A stretch of 32,000 nt of DNA from Coprobacillaceae bacterium. GTDB lineage: Bacteria > Bacillota_I > Bacilli_A > Erysipelotrichales > Coprobacillaceae. The notes under the pieces were generated by a model that was not told where the DNA came from, did not search any database, and saw nothing but the letters and a program-made list of their open reading frames with translations. This document shows positions 1 to 8,030 of this stretch, one piece after another. The stretch is taken from positions 480,001-512,000 of the forward strand of contig OY780959.1 of the NCBI GenBank assembly GCA_963675915.1, given 5' to 3'. How positions within the stretch are numbered: position 1 is the stretch's first letter; each line of letters opens with the position of its first letter. The translations under genes and the position numbers were made by a program.

Positions 1-2085
1 GCTGCCAACAAGGAAATTGATACTAGCAGTCAAATCAGCAGCGACAAAATCAGAGATTTGGCGAACATAATAGCGTCAAAAATCAATGAGGGCGAAGATG
101 TGGAAAAAATCCAAGACAAAGTTGAAGATGTCTTGTTGGAAGGGGCAAATTTCGACCTGGCCAAAACGTATATCAAATACCGTTATAAAAGAGCGTTGGT
201 AAGAAAATCGAATACTATCGATGCCCAGATTCTAAGCTTGATTGAAACTAAAAATGAAGAAGTCAAGGAAGAAAACTCAAACAAAAATCCGACTATCGTT
301 TCAGTACAGCGTGATTATATGGCCGGTGAGGTCAGCAAAGATATCACTCGCCGTTTCCTGTTGGATGAAGACTTGGCCCAAGCTCATGATGATGGAATCA
401 TCCATTTCCATGATGCGGACTACTTCGCTCAGCATATGCACAACTGCGATCTGATCAACCTTGAAGATATGCTTCAAAACGGGACGGTAATTAGCGGGAC
501 AATGATTGAAAAACCGAAGAAATTTTCAACTGCCTGCAATATCACGACTCAAATCATCGCTCAGGTTGCCAGCTGCCAGTACGGTGGTCAATCAATCACT
601 CTTAGTCATTTAGCTCCTTTTGTAGATGTCTCACGTCAAAGAATCATCAAAGAACTCAAAGGGGAATTGACTATGGCTCAAATCGACCTTTCAGATGATG
701 ATTTTGCCAAATTAGTTGATAAACGCTTGAAAGATGAAATCAAGCATGGATGTCAGATGATTCAATATCAGATCATCACTTTGATGACTACCAACGGACA
801 AGCTCCTTTTGTGACGGTATTCATGTATCTTAACGAACTTGAAGAAGGTCAGACCAAACAGGATTTGGCTTTGATCATCGAAGAGATGCTTAAACAAAGA
901 TATCAAGGGGTTAAAAATGAAAAAGGAATCTGGATCACTCCAGCCTTCCCGAAACTGATTTATGTCCTCTCTGAAAACAATATCCAAGCTGATTCGAAAT
1001 ATTTCTACCTGACTGAAATGGCGGCCAAATGTACTGCCAAAAGAATGGTACCGGATTATATTTCGGAAAAGAAAATGATGGAACTTAAAAACGGGGATTG
1101 TTATACCTGTATGGGATGCCGTTCATTCCTGACACCATACCGTGATGCCGACAACAAACCTAAATACTACGGTCGTTTCAACCAGGGTGTTGTGACTATC
1201 AACTTGGTCGATATCGCACTTTCAAGCGAAGGTGATGTCAACAAGTTCTGGTCAATCTTCGATGAACGTCTCGAACTTTGCTACCGTGCCCTGATGATCC
1301 GTCATAACCGTCTTAAAGGAACCAAATCGGATGCGGCTCCTATTCTATGGCAACACGGAGCCCTGGCCCGACTTGAAAAAGGCGAAGTCATCGATCCATT
1401 GCTTTACAACGGTTATTCGACAATCTCACTTGGTTATGCCGGTTTGTATGAATGTGTCCGTTTCATGACGGGAAGATCTCATACTGATGAAGTGGCGGAA
1501 CCATTTGCGCTTAGCGTGATGCAGTATATGAATGATACTTGCAATAAATGGAAAGCTCAGCATAACATCGACTTCAGTGTTTATGGAACACCGCTTGAGT
1601 CAACTACTTATAAATTCTCAACCAAACTGAAAGAACGTTTCGGGGTAGTCGAAGGTGTTACTGACCGTGACTACATCACCAACTCATACCATGTTCATGT
1701 AACTGAACCAATCGATGCATTCACAAAACTGGGATTCGAATCGAAATTCCAGGAATTATCACCGGGTGGAGCTATCTCTTATGTCGAAGTTCCTAATCTG
1801 CTTGACAATATCCCGGCGGTAGTGTCATTGATGCAATACATCTATGACAATATCATGTATGCAGAATTGAATACAAAATCTGATTATTGTCATGTTTGTG
1901 GTTTCGATGGCGAAATCGAGATAACTGAAAGCGACAGCGGCAAACTGGGATGGAAATGTCCACATTGTGGCAATGAAGACCAAAACAAGATGTCGGTAGC
2001 CCGCAGAACCTGCGGTTATATCGGAACCCAGTTCTGGAACCAGGGCCGAACTCAGGAAATCAAAGAAAGAGTTCTGCATCTGTAA
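1..2085 (+). CDS. nrdD: Anaerobic ribonucleoside-triphosphate reductase (class III RNR), 5' end outside window
   Basis: Frame 1 is open from base 1, with no stop before the listed TTG at 58, so the gene begins upstream of the window. It has an ATP-cone-like N-terminus, a C-terminal zinc ribbon (CHVCG...CPHCG) and the glycyl-radical motif RRTCGYIG. nrdG follows directly. Confidence 0.95.
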   Translation, partial: AANKEIDTSSQISSDKIRDLANIIASKINEGEDVEKIQDKVEDVLLEGANFDLAKTYIKYRYKRALVRKSNTIDAQILSLIETKNEEVKEENSNKNPTIVSVQRDYMAGEVSKDITRRFLLDEDLAQAHDDGIIHFHDADYFAQHMHNCDLINLEDMLQNGTVISGTMIEKPKKFSTACNITTQIIAQVASCQYGGQSITLSHLAPFVDVSRQRIIKELKGELTMAQIDLSDDDFAKLVDKRLKDEIKHGCQMIQYQIITLMTTNGQAPFVTVFMYLNELEEGQTKQDLALIIEEMLKQRYQGVKNEKGIWITPAFPKLIYVLSENNIQADSKYFYLTEMAAKCTAKRMVPDYISEKKMMELKNGDCYTCMGCRSFLTPYRDADNKPKYYGRFNQGVVTINLVDIALSSEGDVNKFWSIFDERLELCYRALMIRHNRLKGTKSDAAPILWQHGALARLEKGEVIDPLLYNGYSTISLGYAGLYECVRFMTGRSHTDEVAEPFALSVMQYMNDTCNKWKAQHNIDFSVYGTPLESTTYKFSTKLKERFGVVEGVTDRDYITNSYHVHVTEPIDAFTKLGFESKFQELSPGGAISYVEVPNLLDNIPAVVSLMQYIYDNIMYAELNTKSDYCHVCGFDGEIEITESDSGKLGWKCPHCGNEDQNKMSVARRTCGYIGTQFWNQGRTQEIKERVLHL

Positions 2086-2580
2086 ATGCATTACGGAAAC
2101 ATAAAAAAATGCGATGTCGCCAACGGGGTTGGTGTGCGAACATCACTGTTTGTATCGGGATGCCGCAACCGCTGCAAAAACTGCTTCAATCCGGAAACAT
2201 GGGATTTCAATTATGGCGACGAGTTTACTGACGAAGTTGCCGATGAAATCATCGCCAGCCTCAAACCAAACCATATCGCCGGTTTGACGATTCTTGGCGG
2301 AGAACCGATGGAGCCGGAAAATCAAAAGGGGCTGCTGCCTTTTATCCAAAGAGTGCGTCGTGAAGTCCCTGATAAGACAATCTGGATTTACACCGGCTAC
2401 ACTTTGGAAAAGGACCTGCTTCCAGGCGGGGCCAAAAACACCCCGGAGACGCTGGAGATACTAAAAAATATCGACGTTATGGTTGACGGGCGTTTTGTCG
2501 AAGAACTCAAGGATGTGACCTTGAAATTCCGGGGCTCTTCAAACCAACGGATATTGGAAATGAAAGATTACGATCTATAA
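2086..2580 (+). CDS. nrdG: Anaerobic ribonucleotide reductase activating protein (radical SAM)
   Basis: 164 aa with the CxxxCxxC cluster motif (GCRNRCKNCFN). The ATG abuts the nrdD stop (TAAATG), which is the typical nrdDG arrangement. Confidence 0.93.
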   Translation: MHYGNIKKCDVANGVGVRTSLFVSGCRNRCKNCFNPETWDFNYGDEFTDEVADEIIASLKPNHIAGLTILGGEPMEPENQKGLLPFIQRVRREVPDKTIWIYTGYTLEKDLLPGGAKNTPETLEILKNIDVMVDGRFVEELKDVTLKFRGSSNQRILEMKDYDL

Positions 2581-2584
2581 TAAA

Positions 2585-2618
2585 AGACACCAAATGAAAA
2601 TTTGGTGTCTATTTTTTT
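2585..2618. terminator. Bidirectional intrinsic terminator between convergent nrdG and fur
   Basis: Hairpin AGACACCAAA (2585-2594) / TTTGGTGTCT (2601-2610) with a 6-nt loop, an A-run upstream and a T-run at 2612-2618. The fur stop codon lies in the 3' arm. Confidence 0.8.
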
Positions 2619-3049
2619 GCCCGGCAATCTTGGCAAAGACCGTAAAATTTGGTTTCATGATCGCTGACTTGAAAGCCGTAGTTTTCCAGCAGCATTCTTT
2701 CAATCGAATCCATCAGATCTTCCTTGACTTCAATCACTTTGTTGCAGTTGGTGCAAATCAGGTGATGGTGGCGATGGGTTTTGGAACGGTGGCCGACCTC
2801 GTAGCGGACGAACCCGTCATCAAGATTGAGCCGGTCGATGATATTCAGGTCGCAAAGCAGTTTGACATTGCGATACACCGTCGCCAGTCCGATTTCGGGA
2901 TGTTTTTTGGTGATGATCCGGTGAAGTTCTTCGGTGGTCAGATGGCGATTCTGGTTTTCGAGCATCGTCTCAATAATGATTTTGCGCTGGTTGGTTACTT
3001 TGTAGCCTTTTTCTTTGAGTGATTGGTAAAAATAATTATAATCGATCAT
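2609..3049 (-). CDS. fur: Fur-family metalloregulator (Fur/PerR/Zur subtype not resolvable)
   Basis: 146 aa with an N-terminal winged-HTH-like region, HRHHHLICTNC and CQDC metal-site motifs, and a GGAAAGG RBS. It is divergent from feoAB, whose promoters carry Fur boxes. Confidence 0.88.
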   Translation of the reverse strand: MIDYNYFYQSLKEKGYKVTNQRKIIIETMLENQNRHLTTEELHRIITKKHPEIGLATVYRNVKLLCDLNIIDRLNLDDGFVRYEVGHRSKTHRHHHLICTNCNKVIEVKEDLMDSIERMLLENYGFQVSDHETKFYGLCQDCRAKK

Positions 3050-3090
3050 GTGGTTTGCCTTTCCAATGTTTTTAGCTTGATGTTATTCCA

Positions 3091-3119
3091 ATTATAAGCA
3101 ATTAAGATTAAAGTGTCAA
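3091..3119 (-). promoter_or_regulatory. Consensus sigma-A promoter for fur
   Basis: On the minus strand, TTGACA (3119-3114), a 17-bp spacer and TATAAT (3096-3091), about 42 nt upstream of the fur ATG. Confidence 0.7.
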
Positions 3120-3124
3120 CCAAA

Positions 3125-3158
3125 CGGATTTTGATTCATAGACCGGATTTTGATTGAT
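3125..3158. repeat. Direct 15-mer repeat (14/15 identical) just upstream of the fur -35
   Basis: CGGATTTTGATTCAT (3125-3139) and CGGATTTTGATTGAT (3144-3158), with 19 bp between their starts. Confidence 0.6.
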
Positions 3159-3240
3159 TCAACAGGCTCTATAACGTAAATATCGAAACTATTTTTATTG
3201 ATAGGATCTAAGTATAAAAGAAATATTTTTACATTATCAA

Positions 3241-3289
3241 TTGACAGCAGTGCTTCTTTTTGATAATATCTATTTGATAATGAATCTCA
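3241..3289 (+). promoter_or_regulatory. feoA promoter overlapped by Fur-box hexamer array
   Basis: TTGACA (3241-3246), a 17-bp spacer and TG-n-TAATAT (3261-3269). GATAAT-type hexamers sit at 3262-3267 and 3276-3281. TGATAATGAATCTCA (3275-3289) matches the 7-1-7 Fur box TGATAATnATTATCA at 12/14 defined positions. Confidence 0.7.
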
Positions 3290-3336
3290 TTACCGAACAG
3301 TTTGACCGGAATATCCGATCCAAAGGAGTGAATGAA

Positions 3337-3660
3337 ATGGAAAATGGTTCAACATTAAAATCATTGTTTCAATTTGGCTCAGGCCGTAAACGAAATATCA
3401 AACAAAAAAGGGCCTGTAAGGAAAGAGCAGGGCGACTTGATTCGCTAGTCCATGCCCATTTGGAACAGGAATATGCGATTGCATTGATTGAAACGCAAGA
3501 TCAAAGCATCAAGGATTTTCTTTTCACCCTGGGTTGCTATCCTGGTGAAAAGATCACGGTGATTTCCAATGTCGCCAATCAGTATGTGATTGTAATCAAG
3601 GATGCTCGTTACAGTATCGATGGCAATCTCGCTGCAGCGATTATCCTGGAGCAGCTTTAG
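3337..3660 (+). CDS. feoA: Ferrous iron transport protein A (FeoA domain with N-terminal extension)
   Basis: The C-terminal roughly 70 aa has the FeoA/SH3-like pattern (LGCYPGEKITVISN...VIVIKDARYSIDGNLAAAIIL). I chose the ATG at 3337 because AAAGGAG lies 7 nt upstream. The ORF-track start at 3241 is the -35 hexamer itself. Confidence 0.8.
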   Translation: MENGSTLKSLFQFGSGRKRNIKQKRACKERAGRLDSLVHAHLEQEYAIALIETQDQSIKDFLFTLGCYPGEKITVISNVANQYVIVIKDARYSIDGNLAAAIILEQL

Positions 3661-3688
3661 TAAGCGTCTTATTTTTTTACCAACCAAA

Positions 3689-3703
3689 TGATAATGATTA
3701 TCA
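3689..3703. promoter_or_regulatory. Perfect 7-1-7 Fur box between feoA and feoB
   Basis: TGATAATGATTATCA is an exact match to the B. subtilis-type Fur consensus TGATAATnATTATCA. It overlaps a possible -10 (TATCAA, 3699-3704) of an internal feoB promoter. Confidence 0.75.
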
Positions 3704-3734
3704 ATAGAAATATACATCAAGAAGGAGATACTAT

Positions 3735-5729
3735 ATGAAAATAGCACTGGCAGGAAATCCCAACAGCGGTAAGACAACTATGTTTAACGCATTGACGGGA
3801 AAAACGGAAAAAGTAGGAAACTGGGCGGGAGTGACCATCGCCAAAAAGGAAGCCCGACTGAAAAAAGCCCTTGATCTAAAAGGTCAGGGAATTACAATCG
3901 TCGATTTGCCGGGAGCTTATTCGATGTCGCCTTTCACATCTGAAGAAAGTATCGCCAGCGATTTTATCAAGCGCGAGAATATCGATGTAATCATCAATAT
4001 TGTCGATGCGACCAATCTCAGTCGCAGTCTTTTTCTGACAACCCAATTGATGGAACTGGATATCCCGGTTGTGATTGCTCTTAACAAGATGGATCTTGTG
4101 CGTAAAAAACGGCTTGATATCAATACTGCCAAACTGGCTGAAGTATTGAAATGCCAGGTGATTGAAACGACTGCAAGCAACCCGACCAATCTTGCTGAGC
4201 TTATCGGGACCGCCGTTGCAGTTGGAGGATTGGGGCAAGTTCAGCCAATCAGTACCATCAATACCGATTTTGACGACAAAAAGCAGGTGGAACAATTGGA
4301 CCGCCATCGCTATGTCTTTGTCAATAAACTGGTGGCCAGGGTCGAGCAGCGCAAGATCACCACGGCGACAAAAAACATCCAGGATAAAGCCGATTCGATT
4401 TTGGCCCATCGTTTTTTGGGACTGCCGATCTTTGCGGGAGTGATGTGGTTGGTGTTCTCCATTTCCCAGACCTATGTCGGGGTTTACCTGGCAGATCTGT
4501 TGGTTGGCTGGATCGACCGTTTTTACCAGGTGGTCGCAGGTCTGGTTGAAGGAAATGTGTCGCCGCTCTTGGCGACTTTGCTTCTTGACGGTGTGATTGG
4601 CGGAGTCAGCGCGGTGGTTGGCTTCTTGCCTTTGATCATGGTGATGTTCTTTCTTTTGGCTTTGCTTGAAGATGTCGGTTACATGGCCCGGGTTGCGGTG
4701 ATAATGGACCGGTTCTTCAAAAGAGTCGGACTTTCGGGAAAATCGATCATTCCGATGATTATCGGGACTGGTTGTGCGATTCCGGGAATCATGGCGACTA
4801 GAACCATCAAGGATGACCGTCAGCGCCGCACTACGGCGATGTTGACGCCATTCATGCCCTGTGGGGCCAAACTGCCGATAATCGCTCTTTTTGCCGGAGT
4901 ATTCTTCAATGATGCCTCATGGGTAAGTACCCTGATGTATTTTATGGCGATTGGATTAATTATTATCAGTGCCCTGATTGTCCGAAAGATCACCGGTGAT
5001 CCGGCGGTCAAAAATTATTTCATCATGGAATTGCCGGAATATCGGGTTCCCAGTCTTAAACGGGCATTACGCTCGATGGTGGCACGAGGTAAGGCGTTTG
5101 TGATCAAGGCAGCGACAATCGTCTTGCTGTGCAACGCTATCGTCCATATCATGCAGACGTTCAACTGGCAGTTCCAGGTAGTCGAGCCGGGAATGGCAGA
5201 TACCAGCATTCTTGCCAGTATTGCCACACCGTTCGCGTTTATTCTCGTGCCGCTGGGGTTTGGAGTTTGGCAGATGGCAGCCGGAGCGATTACCGGATTC
5301 ATCGCCAAAGAAAACGTGGTCGGAACGTTGGCGGTTGTCTACTCAATCACCAATTTCATCGATGTCGATCAGCTGGCTTTGATTGATGGAGCCAACTCCG
5401 TAGCGCAAATCATGGGAATCAGCTCTTCGGCGGCACTGGCATATTTGGCCTTTAATCTGTTCACCCCGCCATGTTTTGCGGCCATTGGAGCCATGAATGC
5501 CGAAATGGATTCGCGCAAATGGCTGTTTGGGGCAATCTCGTTCCAACTGGCGATGGGCTATGTGGTTGCCTTTGCCATTTATCATGGTGGCACTTTCCTG
5601 GAAAGCGGTACGGTTGGTCGGGCGTTTGTTCCCGGACTGGTTGTCGTGGGATCAATTTTTGCCATAATCGGATCATTGATCATCAAAAATCAGGATATCG
5701 GGGCAGTTGATAATTATCAGGAAACTTAA
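3735..5729 (+). CDS. feoB: Ferrous iron transporter FeoB
   Basis: 664 aa with an N-terminal G-domain (GNPNSGKTTMFNALTG, DLPG, NKMD) followed by a polytopic membrane domain. The RBS is GAAGGAG. Confidence 0.96.
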   Translation: MKIALAGNPNSGKTTMFNALTGKTEKVGNWAGVTIAKKEARLKKALDLKGQGITIVDLPGAYSMSPFTSEESIASDFIKRENIDVIINIVDATNLSRSLFLTTQLMELDIPVVIALNKMDLVRKKRLDINTAKLAEVLKCQVIETTASNPTNLAELIGTAVAVGGLGQVQPISTINTDFDDKKQVEQLDRHRYVFVNKLVARVEQRKITTATKNIQDKADSILAHRFLGLPIFAGVMWLVFSISQTYVGVYLADLLVGWIDRFYQVVAGLVEGNVSPLLATLLLDGVIGGVSAVVGFLPLIMVMFFLLALLEDVGYMARVAVIMDRFFKRVGLSGKSIIPMIIGTGCAIPGIMATRTIKDDRQRRTTAMLTPFMPCGAKLPIIALFAGVFFNDASWVSTLMYFMAIGLIIISALIVRKITGDPAVKNYFIMELPEYRVPSLKRALRSMVARGKAFVIKAATIVLLCNAIVHIMQTFNWQFQVVEPGMADTSILASIATPFAFILVPLGFGVWQMAAGAITGFIAKENVVGTLAVVYSITNFIDVDQLALIDGANSVAQIMGISSSAALAYLAFNLFTPPCFAAIGAMNAEMDSRKWLFGAISFQLAMGYVVAFAIYHGGTFLESGTVGRAFVPGLVVVGSIFAIIGSLIIKNQDIGAVDNYQET

Positions 5730-5741
5730 AGGGGTGATGGT

Positions 5742-5879
5742 ATGGGAGATTTGATTGTAATCTTGGTTTTGGGAGCAATTGTGGCTCTGGCGGTGAGCAA
5801 ACTGATCCGTGATAAAAAGCGGGGTAAGACCTGTTCGGGGTGTTCGTCGTGTCATTTGAGTACCAAAAGCCAAAGATAA
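5742..5879 (+). CDS. FeoB-associated Cys-rich small membrane protein (45 aa; below ORF-track cutoff)
   Basis: My own translation is MGDLIVILVLGAIVALAVSKLIRDKKRGKTCSGCSSCHLSTKSQR: one TM helix, a basic patch and a C-x2-C-x2-C tail. The RBS AAAGGGG lies 12 nt after the feoB stop. This layout is typical of the small Cys-rich ORF found after Firmicute feoB. Confidence 0.65.
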   Translation: MGDLIVILVLGAIVALAVSKLIRDKKRGKTCSGCSSCHLSTKSQR

Positions 5880-5894
5880 ATAAACACTAGGATA

Positions 5895-5920
5895 AAAAGA
5901 GGCCCATGGGCCTCTTTTTG
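5895..5920 (+). terminator. Intrinsic terminator of the feo operon
   Basis: AAAAGAGGCCCATGGGCCTCTTTTTG forms a GC-rich palindromic hairpin followed by a T-run. Confidence 0.85.
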
Positions 5921-5960
5921 GTACGGTTTCAAAAAAATTCAAAAAAATTCATTTTTATCC

Positions 5961-5989
5961 TTGATTAATTGGTGCTACAATGTTATTAT
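5961..5989 (+). promoter_or_regulatory. tRNA operon promoter with upstream A-tracts
   Basis: TTGATT (5961-5966), a 17-bp spacer and TG-n-TATTAT (5981-5989). It is preceded by a tandem TCAAAAAAAT x2 A-tract (5929-5950) that resembles an UP element. Confidence 0.6.
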
Positions 5990-6017
5990 GAACAGGCTTT
6001 GTTGAAAAGATATCTAT

Positions 6018-6093
6018 GGCCCGTTGGAGAAACGGTTAACTCACATGCCTTTCACGCATGCATTCACGGGTTCGAATCCCGTACGGGTCACCA
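6018..6093 (+). tRNA. tRNA-Glu (anticodon UUC)
   Basis: The acceptor stem GGCCCGT/ACGGGTC pairs, with one G-U. The anticodon stem is CATGC/GCATG with loop CTTTCAC. GGTTCGAATCC forms the T-loop and CCA is encoded. Confidence 0.93.
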
Positions 6094-6101
6094 ATTTAAT
6101 C

Positions 6102-6177
6102 GGGGGTTTAGCTCAGTTGGGAGAGCATCTGCCTTACAAGCAGAGGGTCAGCGGTTCGAGCCCGTTAACCCCCACCA
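6102..6177 (+). tRNA. tRNA-Val (anticodon UAC)
   Basis: GGGGGTT/AACCCCC acceptor stem, TAGCTCAGTTGGGAGAGC D-arm, anticodon loop CTTACAA, GGTTCGAGCCC T-arm, and CCA encoded. Confidence 0.93.
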
Positions 6178-6180
6178 TTT

Positions 6181-6256
6181 GACCCGCTAGCTCAGTTGGT
6201 AGAGCATCTGACTTTTAATCAGAGGGTCAGGCGTTCGAGTCGCCTGCGGGTCACCA
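6181..6256 (+). tRNA. tRNA-Lys (anticodon UUU)
   Basis: GACCCGC/GCGGGTC acceptor stem, TAGCTCAGTTGGTAGAGC D-arm, anticodon loop CTTTTAA, and CCA encoded. Confidence 0.93.
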
Positions 6257-6266
6257 TTTGCAAGCC

Positions 6267-6294
6267 AACCATGATGAAAATCATGGTTTTTTTT
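6267..6294 (+). terminator. Terminator of tRNA operon
   Basis: AACCATGA (6267-6274) / TCATGGTT (6281-6288) hairpin followed by a T8 run. Confidence 0.8.
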
Positions 6295-6301
6295 ATAAAT
6301 T

Positions 6302-6326
6302 AAAAAAGCGCATCAGCGCTTTTTTT
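6302..6326 (-). terminator. Bidirectional terminator serving rubredoxin
   Basis: AAAAAAGCGC-ATCA-GCGCTTTTTTT sits 7 nt beyond the rubredoxin stop. Confidence 0.75.
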
Positions 6327-6332
6327 GCAATC

Positions 6333-6497
6333 CTATTCTTCAACTAAAGAGAATGATTCTTTTCCTACACCACATAAAGGGCATACAAAATCTTCTGGCA
6401 AATCTTCCCATTTTGTTCCTGGTGCGTATCCGTTGTCTACATCACCTTGTTCTTCGTCGTAGATCCAACCGCAAACGTCACATACATATTGAGCCAT
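6333..6497 (-). CDS. Rubredoxin
   Basis: MAQYVCDVCGWIYDEE...DFVCPLCGVGKESF carries two CxxCG knuckles. I chose the ATG at 6497, where AAAGGAG lies 7 nt upstream, over the GTG at 6515. Confidence 0.93.
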   Translation of the reverse strand: MAQYVCDVCGWIYDEEQGDVDNGYAPGTKWEDLPEDFVCPLCGVGKESFSLVEE

Positions 6498-6569
6498 ATT
6501 CAAATCTCCTTTCACGATTATAATGAAATTATATCATATTCATTATTTTTTGTCTCTTGATTTGCACCA

Positions 6570-6582
6570 TAATAATATCATT
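6570..6582. repeat. Left copy of 13-bp flanking direct repeat TAATAATATCATT
   Basis: An identical 13-mer recurs at 8283-8295. Each copy is separated from the IS30-type terminal inverted repeat by 2 nt. Confidence 0.7.
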
Positions 6583-6584
6583 AT

Positions 6585-6607
6585 TTAATTGTAATTTGAA
6601 ATTCCAC
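6585..6607 (+). repeat. IS30-family left terminal inverted repeat
   Basis: TTAATTGTAATTTGAAATTCCAC compared with the reverse complement of 8258-8280, TTAATTGAAAACTGAAGTTCCAC. Confidence 0.8.
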
Positions 6608-6728
6608 CCCAGTATATTTTAGGGGTGGAATTAATTTATACAAAACTCACATGGAACTTAACCTTACAAATATGAAGCTGTATAATTTAAGTATAGATTT
6701 CCCTGAACCATTGAAGGGAGTGTTTCTG

Positions 6729-8030
6729 ATGAGAAACAAACATTTACTTCTAGATGATCGCAAGATCATTGAGAATTCTCTTAATAGCGGTTGTTCTTTT
6801 AAAGCCATTGGTATTCAACTTGGCAAGGACTGCACTACCATATCTAAAGAGGTAAGGCGTAATTTCACAATTAAAAATACTGGCAGGTTTGGCTATGGTT
6901 TCAACGACTGCATTAATCGATATGATTGTTCCGAAAACTTCGCTTGTCAAACTTGCAATCGACGAAGAAAAATTAAGTGCAAATTCTGTGGGTTATGTGT
7001 CACTCAATGTTCAAAATACCAAAGAGAATCCTGCCCGACGTTGTTGAAAGCACCGTATGTCTGCAATAGCTGCGATAGCAAACACAAATGCCCATTGTCA
7101 AAGCATTACTATTTTAGCGAATCAGCTCAGAAAAAGCATGATCTTAGATTAAGTGAATCAAGATCCGGATTTATTATTGATGAAGCTCAAATTGAACGAT
7201 TGAACTCGATTCTCGGTGATCTTGTAAAAAACAAGCATCAGTCCATCCATCACGTTTTCATTAATCATAAAGATGAACTGATGGTTAGCGAAAAAACTCT
7301 GTACAATTTGGTTGATGCCTGTATTTTAAATATCCGTAACATTGATCTTACTCGAAAAGTCAAGTTTGCACCTAGAAGGAAGAAATCCAAGCAATACAAG
7401 GTTGACAAAAAATGCCTTGAAGGTAGGACCTATGAAGATTATCAGAGTTTCATTGAACAGCACCCTAGTGTCGCCGTAGTTGAAATGGACAGTGTCGAAG
7501 GAACCAAGGGTGGCGCCTGCTTGCTTACCCTCCACTTCAACAATTCTTCTTTCATGATCGCCATAAAACGCGATTTTAACGATTCGGCCTCAGTTACAAA
7601 CTATTTCAATCATATCTATGAGGTGCTGGGTCATGATCAGTTCAAAAAATTGTTTCCGATAATTTTGACAGACAATGGGTCGGAATTTTCAAATCCTGCC
7701 GCTATTGAATTCAATGACAAAGGTGAAAGAAGAACCTACATTTTCTACTGTCATCCATCAGCGCCTGAAGAAAAAGGTGAATGTGAGAACAATCATAGGT
7801 TCATTAGATATTTCGTCCCCAAGGGCAAATCCTGGGATGAATACAAGCAAAAAGACATCAACTTAATGATGTCTCACATTAATTCTTATGCACGAAAGTC
7901 TTTGAATGATAAACCACCATATTTATTATTCACGACACTATACTCGATTGAAGCAGCTACAAAATTAGATGTTTCATACATAAGACCGGATGATATCACT
8001 TTATCACGATTATTGATATCAAATAAATAA
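6729..8030 (+). CDS. IS30-family DDE transposase with Cys-rich insert
   Basis: N-terminal HTH (DDRKIIENSLNSGCSFKAIGIQLGKDCTTISKEVRRN), a Cys-rich block, and DDE signature segments VEMDSVEG, ILTDNGSEF and ECENNHRFIRYFVPKG. I chose the ATG at 6729 (RBS AAGGGAG) over the ORF-track start at 6651. Confidence 0.9.
   Translation: MRNKHLLLDDRKIIENSLNSGCSFKAIGIQLGKDCTTISKEVRRNFTIKNTGRFGYGFNDCINRYDCSENFACQTCNRRRKIKCKFCGLCVTQCSKYQRESCPTLLKAPYVCNSCDSKHKCPLSKHYYFSESAQKKHDLRLSESRSGFIIDEAQIERLNSILGDLVKNKHQSIHHVFINHKDELMVSEKTLYNLVDACILNIRNIDLTRKVKFAPRRKKSKQYKVDKKCLEGRTYEDYQSFIEQHPSVAVVEMDSVEGTKGGACLLTLHFNNSSFMIAIKRDFNDSASVTNYFNHIYEVLGHDQFKKLFPIILTDNGSEFSNPAAIEFNDKGERRTYIFYCHPSAPEEKGECENNHRFIRYFVPKGKSWDEYKQKDINLMMSHINSYARKSLNDKPPYLLFTTLYSIEAATKLDVSYIRPDDITLSRLLISNK

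Noticed and set aside
2594-3022. 142-aa plus-strand ORF antisense to fur
   Set aside because: It is a mirror ORF of a well-supported Fur-family gene. It has no RBS, and its start lies within the terminator hairpin.
3088-3107. PerR/Fur-type 7-1-7 box within the fur promoter spacer (TTATAAGCAATTAAG)
   Set aside because: It matches the TTATAATnATTATAA consensus at only about 9/14 positions, which is not distinguishable from AT-rich background.
3241-3336. Upstream extensions of ORF-track starts (feoA at 3241; likewise 6651 for the transposase, 10840 for the BRCT gene, 11782 for bioY, 24999 for hsp20, 29196 for the transpeptidase)
   Set aside because: In each case an internal ATG is preceded at 6-10 nt by a strong AGGAGG-type SD. 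The extension either overlaps promoter hexamers or has no SD.
3876-5942. Multiple 60-180-aa ORFs on both strands inside feoB (e.g. 3876-4409 -, 5015-5308 -, 5129-5386 +)
   Set aside because: They are all nested in or antisense to the 664-aa FeoB frame. Their compositions are Arg/Cys/Trp-rich, as is typical of off-frame translation, and none has a translation signal.
5969-6190. 73-aa ORF overlapping the tRNA cluster
   Set aside because: It is fully explained by tRNA-Glu and tRNA-Val. It is an artefact of an open frame across structured RNA genes.
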